From an uncultured delta proteobacterium (lineage in GTDB: Bacteria > Desulfobacterota > WTBG01): 64,000 nt of DNA. Below, piece by piece: positions 37,433 through 44,712 of this stretch. The notes under the pieces were generated by a model that saw only the letters and a program-made list of their open reading frames with translations, was not told the DNA's origin and made no database searches. Every line of letters starts with the position of its first letter. Positions within the stretch are counted from its first letter, which is position 1. Position numbers and translations under genes: made by a program. The stretch covers positions 132,829-196,828 of the forward strand of contig CAVVUR010000013.1 in assembly GCA_963751515.1 (NCBI GenBank). The letters run 5' to 3'.

Positions 37433-39220
37433 CTAGGAAACGCCGGCAGTGGAGCCGCCCTGCGCCGGGACGTCTTCCTCATGATATTGGGTGGTATACA
37501 GCTTGTGGTATTCTCCCTGGCCCGCCATGAGATCGCCGTGGGTCCCCTGTTCCGCTATCCTTCCTTCCGAAAGCACGATGATGCGGTCGGCCTTTTTAAT
37601 GGTGGAGAGGCGGTGGGCAATGATGAAGGTGGTCCGGCCTTCCATGAGGCGCTCCAGGGCCACCTGCACCTCGGCCTCGGCCTTGCTGTCGAGCGAGGAG
37701 GTTGCCTCATCCAGGATGAGGATGGGGGCGTTCTTGAGCAGCGCGCGGGCAATGGCAATCCGCTGCTTCTGGCCGCCGGAGAGCTTGACCCCGTGTTCGC
37801 CGATGACCGCGTCATATCCCCCGGGGTTATCCATGATGAAGTCGTGGGCGTGGGCGGCCTCGGCAGCGGCCCTGATCTCCGCTTCGGGTTTGTCCATGCT
37901 GCCGTAGGAGATGTTGTGCCGTATAGTGTCGTTGAAGAGTATTATTTCCTGGGTTACCATGCTGATCCGGCTGCGCAGCGATCTGATGGTCACATCCCTG
38001 ATGTCGACGCCATCGATGAGAATGGCCCCCGAGGTCACGTCGTAGAATCGGGGTATGAGGTTGGCCATGGTTGATTTTCCCGCCCCGCTGCCGCCCACGA
38101 TGGCGATGATCTGGCCCACCGGGACATTCAGCGTAATGTGCTCCAGGACCGGCTGCGCGTCATACTGAAAGCAGACGTCCCTGAATTCGATCCCTTCACT
38201 GACCGGCGGCAGCTCACGCGCGTCGGGCTTGTCCACGATATCCGCTTTGGTGTCGAGAATTTCAAAGGTTCGTACCGCCGCGGCAAGCCCTTCCTGCATG
38301 GTCTGGTTGAGCTTGTTGAGCTCGCGCACCGGGCGGTACATCATGGCAAACGCCGCCACAAATGAGAAAAAGTCCCCCGAGGTGATCTCTCCCCTGAGAA
38401 CGCTGTGCCCGCCGAAGTAGAGAATGACCGCGGAGGCGATGCCGCCCAGCGTTTCCATGGTGGGGGAGGCGAGGGCGCGGATGCGCATCCGCTTTACCCT
38501 GATCCTGAGCAAGCGGTGATTTTCATCGGAGAAGCGGCGGCTTTCATACTCCTCCATGCAAAAGGCCTTGACGATGCGGATGCCGGAGATGGTCTCGTAG
38601 AGAAATTTGGCGATGTCCGCCATTTTCACCTGGCTCTTGGTGCTGAACTTCCGGCTTTTGATGCCGAAGATGCGGATGGGCACCAGGGCCCAGAGAATGA
38701 CCAGGTAGGACATGGCGGCAAGCTTCCAGTTTACCCAGAAGGTGTAGCCGGTTAGGCCCGCGATGGTGAGCGCGTCGCGCAGGAAGTTGGTGATGCTGTC
38801 CGATACCGTGGACTGCAGCAGGTTGGTGTCGTTGCTGATGCGCGACATGATTATACCGGTGGGATTCCTGATGAAGAAGGCGAGGGACAGCTTCTGCAGG
38901 TGGCAATAGATTTCGTCCCGGATGTCAGTGACCACTTTAACCGCCACATATCCCATCAGGTATTCTTGGAAATAGTCAAACAGTCCCTTGAGCAGGTAGA
39001 GGCCGACGATGGCCAGGGGTACGAGCCGGAGCATGGTAAGATTCTTCTGCACGAAGATGTCGTCCATCACTTTCTTGACGATCCCGGCGATGCCGGTATT
39101 GGCACCCGCCAGCCCCACGGCGGAGAGGACTGCAAGGAGCATCAGCAGCCAGTAGGGCTTGATGTACCTGATCAGGCGCTTGTACAGCCTGATGGAATCT
39201 TTGGTTGATATCTTTTTCAT
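37433..39220 (-). CDS. msbA: lipid A export ABC transporter MsbA-like (TMD+NBD)
   Basis: About 595 aa from ATG 39220; track start 39286 lies in repeat R8. Six predicted TM helices; GGSGAGKST, LSGGQKQRIAIARA, ILILDEATSSLD. Confidence 0.85.
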   Translation of the reverse strand: MKKISTKDSIRLYKRLIRYIKPYWLLMLLAVLSAVGLAGANTGIAGIVKKVMDDIFVQKNLTMLRLVPLAIVGLYLLKGLFDYFQEYLMGYVAVKVVTDIRDEIYCHLQKLSLAFFIRNPTGIIMSRISNDTNLLQSTVSDSITNFLRDALTIAGLTGYTFWVNWKLAAMSYLVILWALVPIRIFGIKSRKFSTKSQVKMADIAKFLYETISGIRIVKAFCMEEYESRRFSDENHRLLRIRVKRMRIRALASPTMETLGGIASAVILYFGGHSVLRGEITSGDFFSFVAAFAMMYRPVRELNKLNQTMQEGLAAAVRTFEILDTKADIVDKPDARELPPVSEGIEFRDVCFQYDAQPVLEHITLNVPVGQIIAIVGGSGAGKSTMANLIPRFYDVTSGAILIDGVDIRDVTIRSLRSRISMVTQEIILFNDTIRHNISYGSMDKPEAEIRAAAEAAHAHDFIMDNPGGYDAVIGEHGVKLSGGQKQRIAIARALLKNAPILILDEATSSLDSKAEAEVQVALERLMEGRTTFIIAHRLSTIKKADRIIVLSEGRIAEQGTHGDLMAGQGEYHKLYTTQYHEEDVPAQGGSTAGVS

Positions 39221-39255
39221 CCCTCTTCCTTTAAGAGATTTGTCATAATGTATTC

Positions 39256-39474
39256 GTGGCTCAAGGGGAGGGGCTTTTGACGCCACAACAATTTGTCTTG
39301 AGGCTTACGGCACGACCCGTTGCCTTACGACTTAAACCGCAGACAGGCAGCATTACAGAGGCTTCGATACGGGCTGTTGCCATGCGGGTCTGTCGGACAA
39401 AGTTAGAGAGATGCTGCCGTTCTACCGGCTCCGAATAATTTTGTTGTGGCGTCAAAAGCCCCTCCCCTTGAGCC
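39256..39474 (+). mobile_element. family-1 type B element R8, cleanest full copy (arms + core, no outer boxes)
   Basis: GTGGCTCAAGGGGAGGGGCTTTTGACGCCACAACAATTTG - core - AATTTTGTTGTGGCGTCAAAAGCCCCTCCCCTTGAGCC, between lpxB (end 39507) and msbA (start 39220). Confidence 0.88.
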
Positions 39475-39506
39475 TACATATTATTCAGCACGTTATATAG
39501 ACCGAT

Positions 39507-40664
39507 TCAGGCGGGCCGGCGCTTAAGCATGCCAAGCGCGATCCGGGCCGCCCGCGCCGATGCCCCCGGTTCGCCGAGCTTCTTTTTGATCAACTCCAGT
39601 TCCGCATGAACGGTTCGGTAATACTGAGTATCGGAGAGCAGTCGGGCGGCTTCGGCGGCAATCCGCTCCCCGCTGGCCTCGTCCTGGATCAGCTCCGGCA
39701 CCACTTTTTTGCCGGCAATGATGTTGGCCATCCCGATGTAAGGTACCTTGACCAGCAGCCGGGCGATGCCATAGCTGAGCGTTGACATCCGGTACACGAT
39801 AACCATGGGCCTGGCGAGCAGCGCCGTTTCCAGGCTGGCCGTCCCCGACGCCACGATGACCAGGTATGAGCTGTCGATGACATCATAGATGCTGTTTTCG
39901 ACCAGGGTTGCCGAAACGGCGGCGCCCCGGATCAGCTGCTCCATCTCCGCCTTGTGCAGGCCCGGCGCTACGGGTATGATGAACTGCAGGTCCGCGCGCT
40001 CCATGCTCAGCCGGCGGGCGGCATCCAGCATGGGCGGCAGTATGCGCTTTACTTCACTGAGCCTGCTGCCGGGCAGCAGGCCGATGGCGGTGCGGCCCGG
40101 CGCAATGCCCAGGCGCTTGCTGTTCTCCTCCCGCGAACGGGAAACCTTCACGATGTCCAGAAGGGGATGACCCACGAAATGCGCGTCAACGCCGGCCTCC
40201 CGGTACAGGGAAAGTTCAAAGGGAAACACCACCACCATGGTGCTGACCGACGCGGCAATCTGCTTAATGCGACCGGTTCGCCAGGCCCAGATCTGGGGGC
40301 TGACGTAGTACATAACCGGTATGCGGTACTTTTTGGCGACCCTGGCCAGGCGCAGGTTAAAATCAGGGTAATCGACCAGGATGAGCAGGTCCGGCCGGTC
40401 GCGCTTGAGGGTGAGCGTCAGCTTCCTGAAGGCGCCGTAGATGGTTCCCAGGTGTCCGATCACTTCGGTGATGCCCATCACCGCGTGCCGGGATATGTCA
40501 ACGATGATCTCCGCGCCCGCTTCCCGCAACCCATCGCCGCCCATGGCGGAGACGGAAAGCGCGGAGTTCTCCGCGCGCATGGCCTTCACCAGATGGGAGG
40601 CCAGGAGATCTCCGGAAGCCTCGCCGGCGACGATGAGAATCCGCTGTGCCGTGTCGCTATTCAA
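39507..40664 (-). CDS. lpxB: lipid-A-disaccharide synthase
   Basis: 385 aa. ILIVAGEASGD, DYPDFNLRLA, YYVSPQIWAWR motifs. Confidence 0.9.
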   Translation of the reverse strand: MNSDTAQRILIVAGEASGDLLASHLVKAMRAENSALSVSAMGGDGLREAGAEIIVDISRHAVMGITEVIGHLGTIYGAFRKLTLTLKRDRPDLLILVDYPDFNLRLARVAKKYRIPVMYYVSPQIWAWRTGRIKQIAASVSTMVVVFPFELSLYREAGVDAHFVGHPLLDIVKVSRSREENSKRLGIAPGRTAIGLLPGSRLSEVKRILPPMLDAARRLSMERADLQFIIPVAPGLHKAEMEQLIRGAAVSATLVENSIYDVIDSSYLVIVASGTASLETALLARPMVIVYRMSTLSYGIARLLVKVPYIGMANIIAGKKVVPELIQDEASGERIAAEAARLLSDTQYYRTVHAELELIKKKLGEPGASARAARIALGMLKRRPA

Positions 40665-41607
40665 CCAGCCTCCGGGTGGTGTTCTTTATCTGCTCGGTAA
40701 TCTCCAGGGCGACTTTCAGCGCCCGCATCCCCGCCTCGCCGGGCACCGGGGGAATGCTCCGCTGCCTGACCGCGGTGAGGAACGCTTTGATTTCATCCCG
40801 GAGTGAGTCCCCGGGCTCGATGGCAAGCTTCTCGCTAACAATGTAGGGAATCCTTCCCTCCTCTTCTATCTTGCGGTAGAGCGAAACCCCCTGGGCGGCA
40901 AAATCAATGGAAATGTAGGCATCGGGCTGGAAGATGCGGATCTTCCTCATCCCCTTGTCGGATATGCGGCTGGCGGTGACGTTCACCACGCACCCGCGCT
41001 CGAATTCCAGCCGCGCATTGGCGATGTCGCTCATGGTGGAAATAACCGGGATCCCCACCGCGTGGATCGTCTTTACCTCATCATGGACCAGATTGAGGAT
41101 GAGGTCAATATCATGGATCATGATGTCGAGGATGACGTCCACCTCGGTCCCCCGCTCCTGAAATGAGTTCAGGCGATGGGACTCGATGAACAGGGGATTT
41201 TTCACCTTGTCCGCCACGGCCAGGTAGGCGGGGTTGAAGCGCTCCAGATGGCCGATCTGCAGGATGAGGTTCCGTTCGCGGGCAAGGGCGTTTAATTCCT
41301 GCGCCTCCGCGAGGGTGACGGTCATTGGCTTTTCCAAAAGCAGGTGGATGCCGTGCTCCAGCAGGTCTTTGGCAATGGCGTGGTGCAGGGGTGTGGGGAC
41401 CACCACGCTCGCTGCCTGGATCTGCGAGTAGAGGTCCCGGTAATCGCTCAGGGCGGTGCTGCCGGTTTCAGCGGCCAGGGCCTTCGCCCTCCCGCTGTCG
41501 GTGTCCACAACCGCCACAAGCGCTGCTTCAGGATGGCCCGCATACTTCTGGGCATGGAATTTCCCCAGGTAGCCGCAGCCGATGACTGCAACCGGTAACC
41601 TGTCCAT
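40657..41607 (-). CDS. Gfo/Idh/MocA-family NAD(P) oxidoreductase embedded in the lpx cluster (GnnA-like position)
   Basis: 316 aa. N-terminal Rossmann VAVIGCGYLGKFHA. Located between lpxA and lpxB, with an 8-nt overlap with lpxB. Confidence 0.7.
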   Translation of the reverse strand: MDRLPVAVIGCGYLGKFHAQKYAGHPEAALVAVVDTDSGRAKALAAETGSTALSDYRDLYSQIQAASVVVPTPLHHAIAKDLLEHGIHLLLEKPMTVTLAEAQELNALARERNLILQIGHLERFNPAYLAVADKVKNPLFIESHRLNSFQERGTEVDVILDIMIHDIDLILNLVHDEVKTIHAVGIPVISTMSDIANARLEFERGCVVNVTASRISDKGMRKIRIFQPDAYISIDFAAQGVSLYRKIEEEGRIPYIVSEKLAIEPGDSLRDEIKAFLTAVRQRSIPPVPGEAGMRALKVALEITEQIKNTTRRLVE

Positions 41608-42378
41608 CTAGCGTGCAATGCCCCGTTTTGAAGCCTTGATAAAGGTTATGAGATGGTTGACCTCCGCCGAATTTTGTATCTCCGATTCCAGCTGCTCAAG
41701 GGCCTTCTCAACCGTGAGGCCCGACCTGAAGATGAGGCGGTAGGCTTTTTTCAGATTGTTCACCGCCTCCTCCGGGAAGCGGTGCCGCTTCAGCCCTTCA
41801 ATGTTTAATCCGTACAGCTGGGCCCGCTGGCCGTTGGCCATCATGTACGGCGGAATGTCCTGGCTCACCCCGGAGCAGCCGCCGATGATGCAGTAGCTCC
41901 CCAGCCGCACAAACTGGTGGACTGCCGCCAGCCCTCCCACGATGGCGTGGTCTTCCATCTCGATGTGCCCGGCCAGGGTGGCGGCGTTGGCCAGGACCAC
42001 GTGGCTGCCGATCCTGCAGTCGTGGGCGACATGGCAGTAGGCCATGAGCAGGTTGTTGCTGCCGAGGCGCGTTTCCCCGCCCGCTTGAGCGGTCCCGCGG
42101 TTGATGGTGACGAATTCCCGGATGGTGTTGTTGCTGCCGATGATCACCCGGGATTCCTCTCCCCGGTATTTGAGGTCCTGGGGAACAGCCCCGAGGGAGG
42201 CGAATTGAAAAATCGTGCACTCCTCACCGATTTCCGTCCAGCCGTCAATGACCACGTGCGGTCCGATGCGGGTGTTTTTCCCGATTTTGACCCGGGGGCC
42301 GATAATGGAGTAGGGCCCGACCTCAACCCCGCTGTCCAGCTCGGCGCTGGCGTCGATGATCGCCGTTGAATGTATCAT
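41608..42378 (-). CDS. lpxA: acyl-ACP--UDP-N-acetylglucosamine O-acyltransferase
   Basis: 256 aa. Left-handed beta-helix hexapeptide repeats and the C-terminal helical domain typical of LpxA (MIHSTAIID...GLNIEGLKRHRF). Confidence 0.9.
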   Translation of the reverse strand: MIHSTAIIDASAELDSGVEVGPYSIIGPRVKIGKNTRIGPHVVIDGWTEIGEECTIFQFASLGAVPQDLKYRGEESRVIIGSNNTIREFVTINRGTAQAGGETRLGSNNLLMAYCHVAHDCRIGSHVVLANAATLAGHIEMEDHAIVGGLAAVHQFVRLGSYCIIGGCSGVSQDIPPYMMANGQRAQLYGLNIEGLKRHRFPEEAVNNLKKAYRLIFRSGLTVEKALEQLESEIQNSAEVNHLITFIKASKRGIAR

Positions 42379-42422
42379 GCGTGTGCCTTTCCTGCGATCT
42401 CAAAAGGAGGGATGGCGTGTTG

Positions 42423-42863
42423 TTACGCCTGTTTGTCAGCGATGGTGGCCATGAGCTCCGCTTCGGCCACCAGCTCTCCGTTCACAAAGGCCTCCCCCTT
42501 GAACTTCCAGATGGAGCGCTTCAGGTTGAGCGCCTGCAGCTCAAAGCGGAGCTGGTCACCCGGATAGACCGGCTTGCGGAAGCGCGCGTTGTCGATGCCG
42601 AGGAAGAGGATGTTCTTGCTCCCCGCCTTGTCGCGGTCGGACGAGAGCACCAGGATGCCCCAGGTCTGGGCCATTGCCTCGATGATCAGCACGCCGGGCA
42701 TGATGGGAGATCCGGGGAAGTGCCCCTGGAAGAAGGGCTCGTTGATGGTCACGTTTTTAATGCCCACGATTCTTTTACCCTCTTCCATCTCCAGAATTTT
42801 GTCGACCAGAAGGAAGGGGTAGCGGTGCGGAAGCAGACTCATGATCTCCTGTATGTCTTTCAT
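42423..42863 (-). CDS. fabZ: 3-hydroxyacyl-ACP dehydratase FabZ
   Basis: 146 aa. [11 protein letters not shown]...[24 protein letters not shown]. Confidence 0.92.
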   Translation of the reverse strand: MKDIQEIMSLLPHRYPFLLVDKILEMEEGKRIVGIKNVTINEPFFQGHFPGSPIMPGVLIIEAMAQTWGILVLSSDRDKAGSKNILFLGIDNARFRKPVYPGDQLRFELQALNLKRSIWKFKGEAFVNGELVAEAELMATIADKQA

Positions 42864-42893
42864 TTCTTCTCTCCAACTCGGTGTTGTAGCTTC

Positions 42894-42983
42894 TAGCAGG
42901 TTGTTAAAAAAGTGTTTTCCTCAGGCTGTTCTAAAGGCTCAAAAGCCCCTTCCCCTTGAGCCACAAATCAGATGGTTAAAAAT
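42894..42983 (-). repeat. family-1 internally deleted element R9 (outer boxes + fused arms, core missing)
   Basis: TAGCAGGTTGTTAAAAAAGTGTTTTCCTCAGGCTGTTCTAAAGGCTCAAAAGCCCCTTCCCCTTGAGCCACAAATCAGATGGTTAAAAA. It is collinear with R1 except for loss of everything between GGCTCAA and AAAGCCCC. It ends 1 nt before the lpxD stop codon. Confidence 0.8.
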
Positions 42984-44024
42984 TCACGTATGCTTATTCA
43001 GCATCTCCTCCAGCTTTGCAAGCCGCTCCTCCAGCGCCCTGAGGGTTTTTCTCATCTGGGGCAGCAGGGGGAAACAGCGGGATGCCTTCAGCCACTCACG
43101 GTGCGGCATATGCGGATAGCCGGAAACAATGCTGTTGGCGGGCACGCTGCCGCTTATTCCGGTCTGGGCGCCGACCATGACGTTATCCCCGATTTCCACG
43201 TGCCCGACCACCCCCACCTGGCCGGCAAGGGTGACGTGGTTGCCGATGACGGTGCTTCCCGAAATGCCCACCTGGGCGACAAGCAAGGTGTCTTCTCCCA
43301 CCACCACGTTGTGGGCTATGTGCACCAGGTTGTCCGTTTTCACCCCCCGCTTGATCCAGGTCCTGCCCAGGGCTCCCCGGTCAATGGTATTGCCGGCCCC
43401 GATCTCCACGTCATCATCGATCTGGACAGTGCCCACCTGGGGTATCTTGTGGTAGCGCGTGCCTTCGGGGGCAAAGCCGAACCCGTCGCTGCCGATGACG
43501 CTTCCCGCGTGGATGATCACCCGCTTGCCGATGCGGCATCGCTCCCGTACGGAGACATTGGAGTAGAGTACCGTCCCCTCGTCAATGAAGCAGTCGTCCC
43601 CGACAAAGGTATGGGGGTAGATGACCACCCGGTCGCCGACGGTGACCCGGTTTCCGAGCACGACCAGGGGATGGATGGATACGTCGTTCCCGACGCGGGT
43701 GTCTTTCCCGATGACGGCGCTCCGGTCAATGCCCGGCGGCCGGTCGGAGGGCCGGTGGAACAGGGTGGCTATCTGCGCGTAGGCAAGATAGGGGTTGGCG
43801 GTTATGAGCAGCGATTTGCCCGGCGCCTCGATTTTCTGGGAGACGATGATGGCGGAGGCTTTGGTCGTGTCGGCCTTGGCCAGGTAAGCGGGCTTGGCGA
43901 TGAAGGTGATTTCTCCCGTCCCGGCATCATCCAGGCTGGAGATGCCGGAAATGGCCAGGCTCTCATCACCGATGATCTTGCCTCCCACCAGTGCCCGCAG
44001 CTCTTTGAGCGTGACTGTCTGCAT
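42984..44024 (-). CDS. lpxD: UDP-3-O-acylglucosamine N-acyltransferase
   Basis: 346 aa. N-terminal UDP-binding domain followed by hexapeptide repeats. Confidence 0.9.
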   Translation of the reverse strand: MQTVTLKELRALVGGKIIGDESLAISGISSLDDAGTGEITFIAKPAYLAKADTTKASAIIVSQKIEAPGKSLLITANPYLAYAQIATLFHRPSDRPPGIDRSAVIGKDTRVGNDVSIHPLVVLGNRVTVGDRVVIYPHTFVGDDCFIDEGTVLYSNVSVRERCRIGKRVIIHAGSVIGSDGFGFAPEGTRYHKIPQVGTVQIDDDVEIGAGNTIDRGALGRTWIKRGVKTDNLVHIAHNVVVGEDTLLVAQVGISGSTVIGNHVTLAGQVGVVGHVEIGDNVMVGAQTGISGSVPANSIVSGYPHMPHREWLKASRCFPLLPQMRKTLRALEERLAKLEEMLNKHT

Positions 44025-44050
44025 GATTCAACCGTCTCGTGCTGATCCGC

Positions 44051-44587
44051 TTACTTGCCGCCTTGGGCATAGGATGCGTCGTAGCGCTTGATGATCTCGT
44101 CGGTTATTTCCATGGTCTCGTCGGCGAAGAGAAGGGCGCTCTCGCTCTTTTCAAAGACAAAGGTAAAGCCCTTCTCCTTTCCGTAGCTCTGGGTGATTTT
44201 CACCAGCTCGGAAAGGATCTCCTTGACCGCGTCGTTGTCCTGCGCCTTCAGCTCGTCCTGGGACTCGTCGTAGAGCCGCTTAAAATCTCTGAGCTTTGCC
44301 TCATAGTCCTTCTTCTTTTCCTTTAGTGCCGCTTCATTGAGCATGGACCCCTGCTTTTCAAGGGACTCCTGTAACTTTTTCAGCTCCTCCTGCCTGCCGG
44401 CAAGGCTCTGCTCCGCCTTTTCCACCTTCTTGGCAAATTTTTCCTTCGCGTCCTGCCCGGCCTTGCAAAGGTTGAGTGCCTTTTGCAGGTCCACGTAGGC
44501 GAGCCGGTACTCGGCTGCCGGCAGGAAGGCAGGCTGCATGATCATCGACAGCATTAGAGCGGCACCTATCAAACATCCTTTTTTCAT
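44051..44587 (-). CDS. skp: OmpH/Skp-family periplasmic chaperone
   Basis: 178 aa from ATG 44587 (AAGGAGA upstream). Signal peptide, then the coiled-coil-rich K/E sequence typical of Skp. Position between bamA and lpxD. Confidence 0.8.
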   Translation of the reverse strand: MKKGCLIGAALMLSMIMQPAFLPAAEYRLAYVDLQKALNLCKAGQDAKEKFAKKVEKAEQSLAGRQEELKKLQESLEKQGSMLNEAALKEKKKDYEAKLRDFKRLYDESQDELKAQDNDAVKEILSELVKITQSYGKEKGFTFVFEKSESALLFADETMEITDEIIKRYDASYAQGGK

Positions 44588-44646
44588 GTGCTTTCTCCTT
44601 GTGTGTTCATTCAAAATTGTCTGACAAAAGGTTGAAACAATTTTTT

Positions 44647-44712
44647 CAGGCTGTTCAAAAGCCCCTCCCCCTTGAGCCACAAATCAGATAGGTGTTTTTC
44701 AAAAGCCTGCTA
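44647..44712 (-). repeat. family-1 internally deleted mini element R10
   Basis: CAGGCTGTTCAAAAGCCCCTCCCCCTTGAGCCACAAATCAGATAGGTGTTTTTCAAAAGCCTGCTA. The terminal CTA (44710..44712) is the TAG stop of bamA. Confidence 0.8.

Noticed and set aside
42966-42978. IHF-like site (WATCARNNNNTTR) in the arm extension AATCAGATGGTTA
   Set aside because: Only the R9 copy matches the full consensus. The other copies read AATCAGATGGGTG and fail the TTR part, so there is not enough support for a conserved IHF site.
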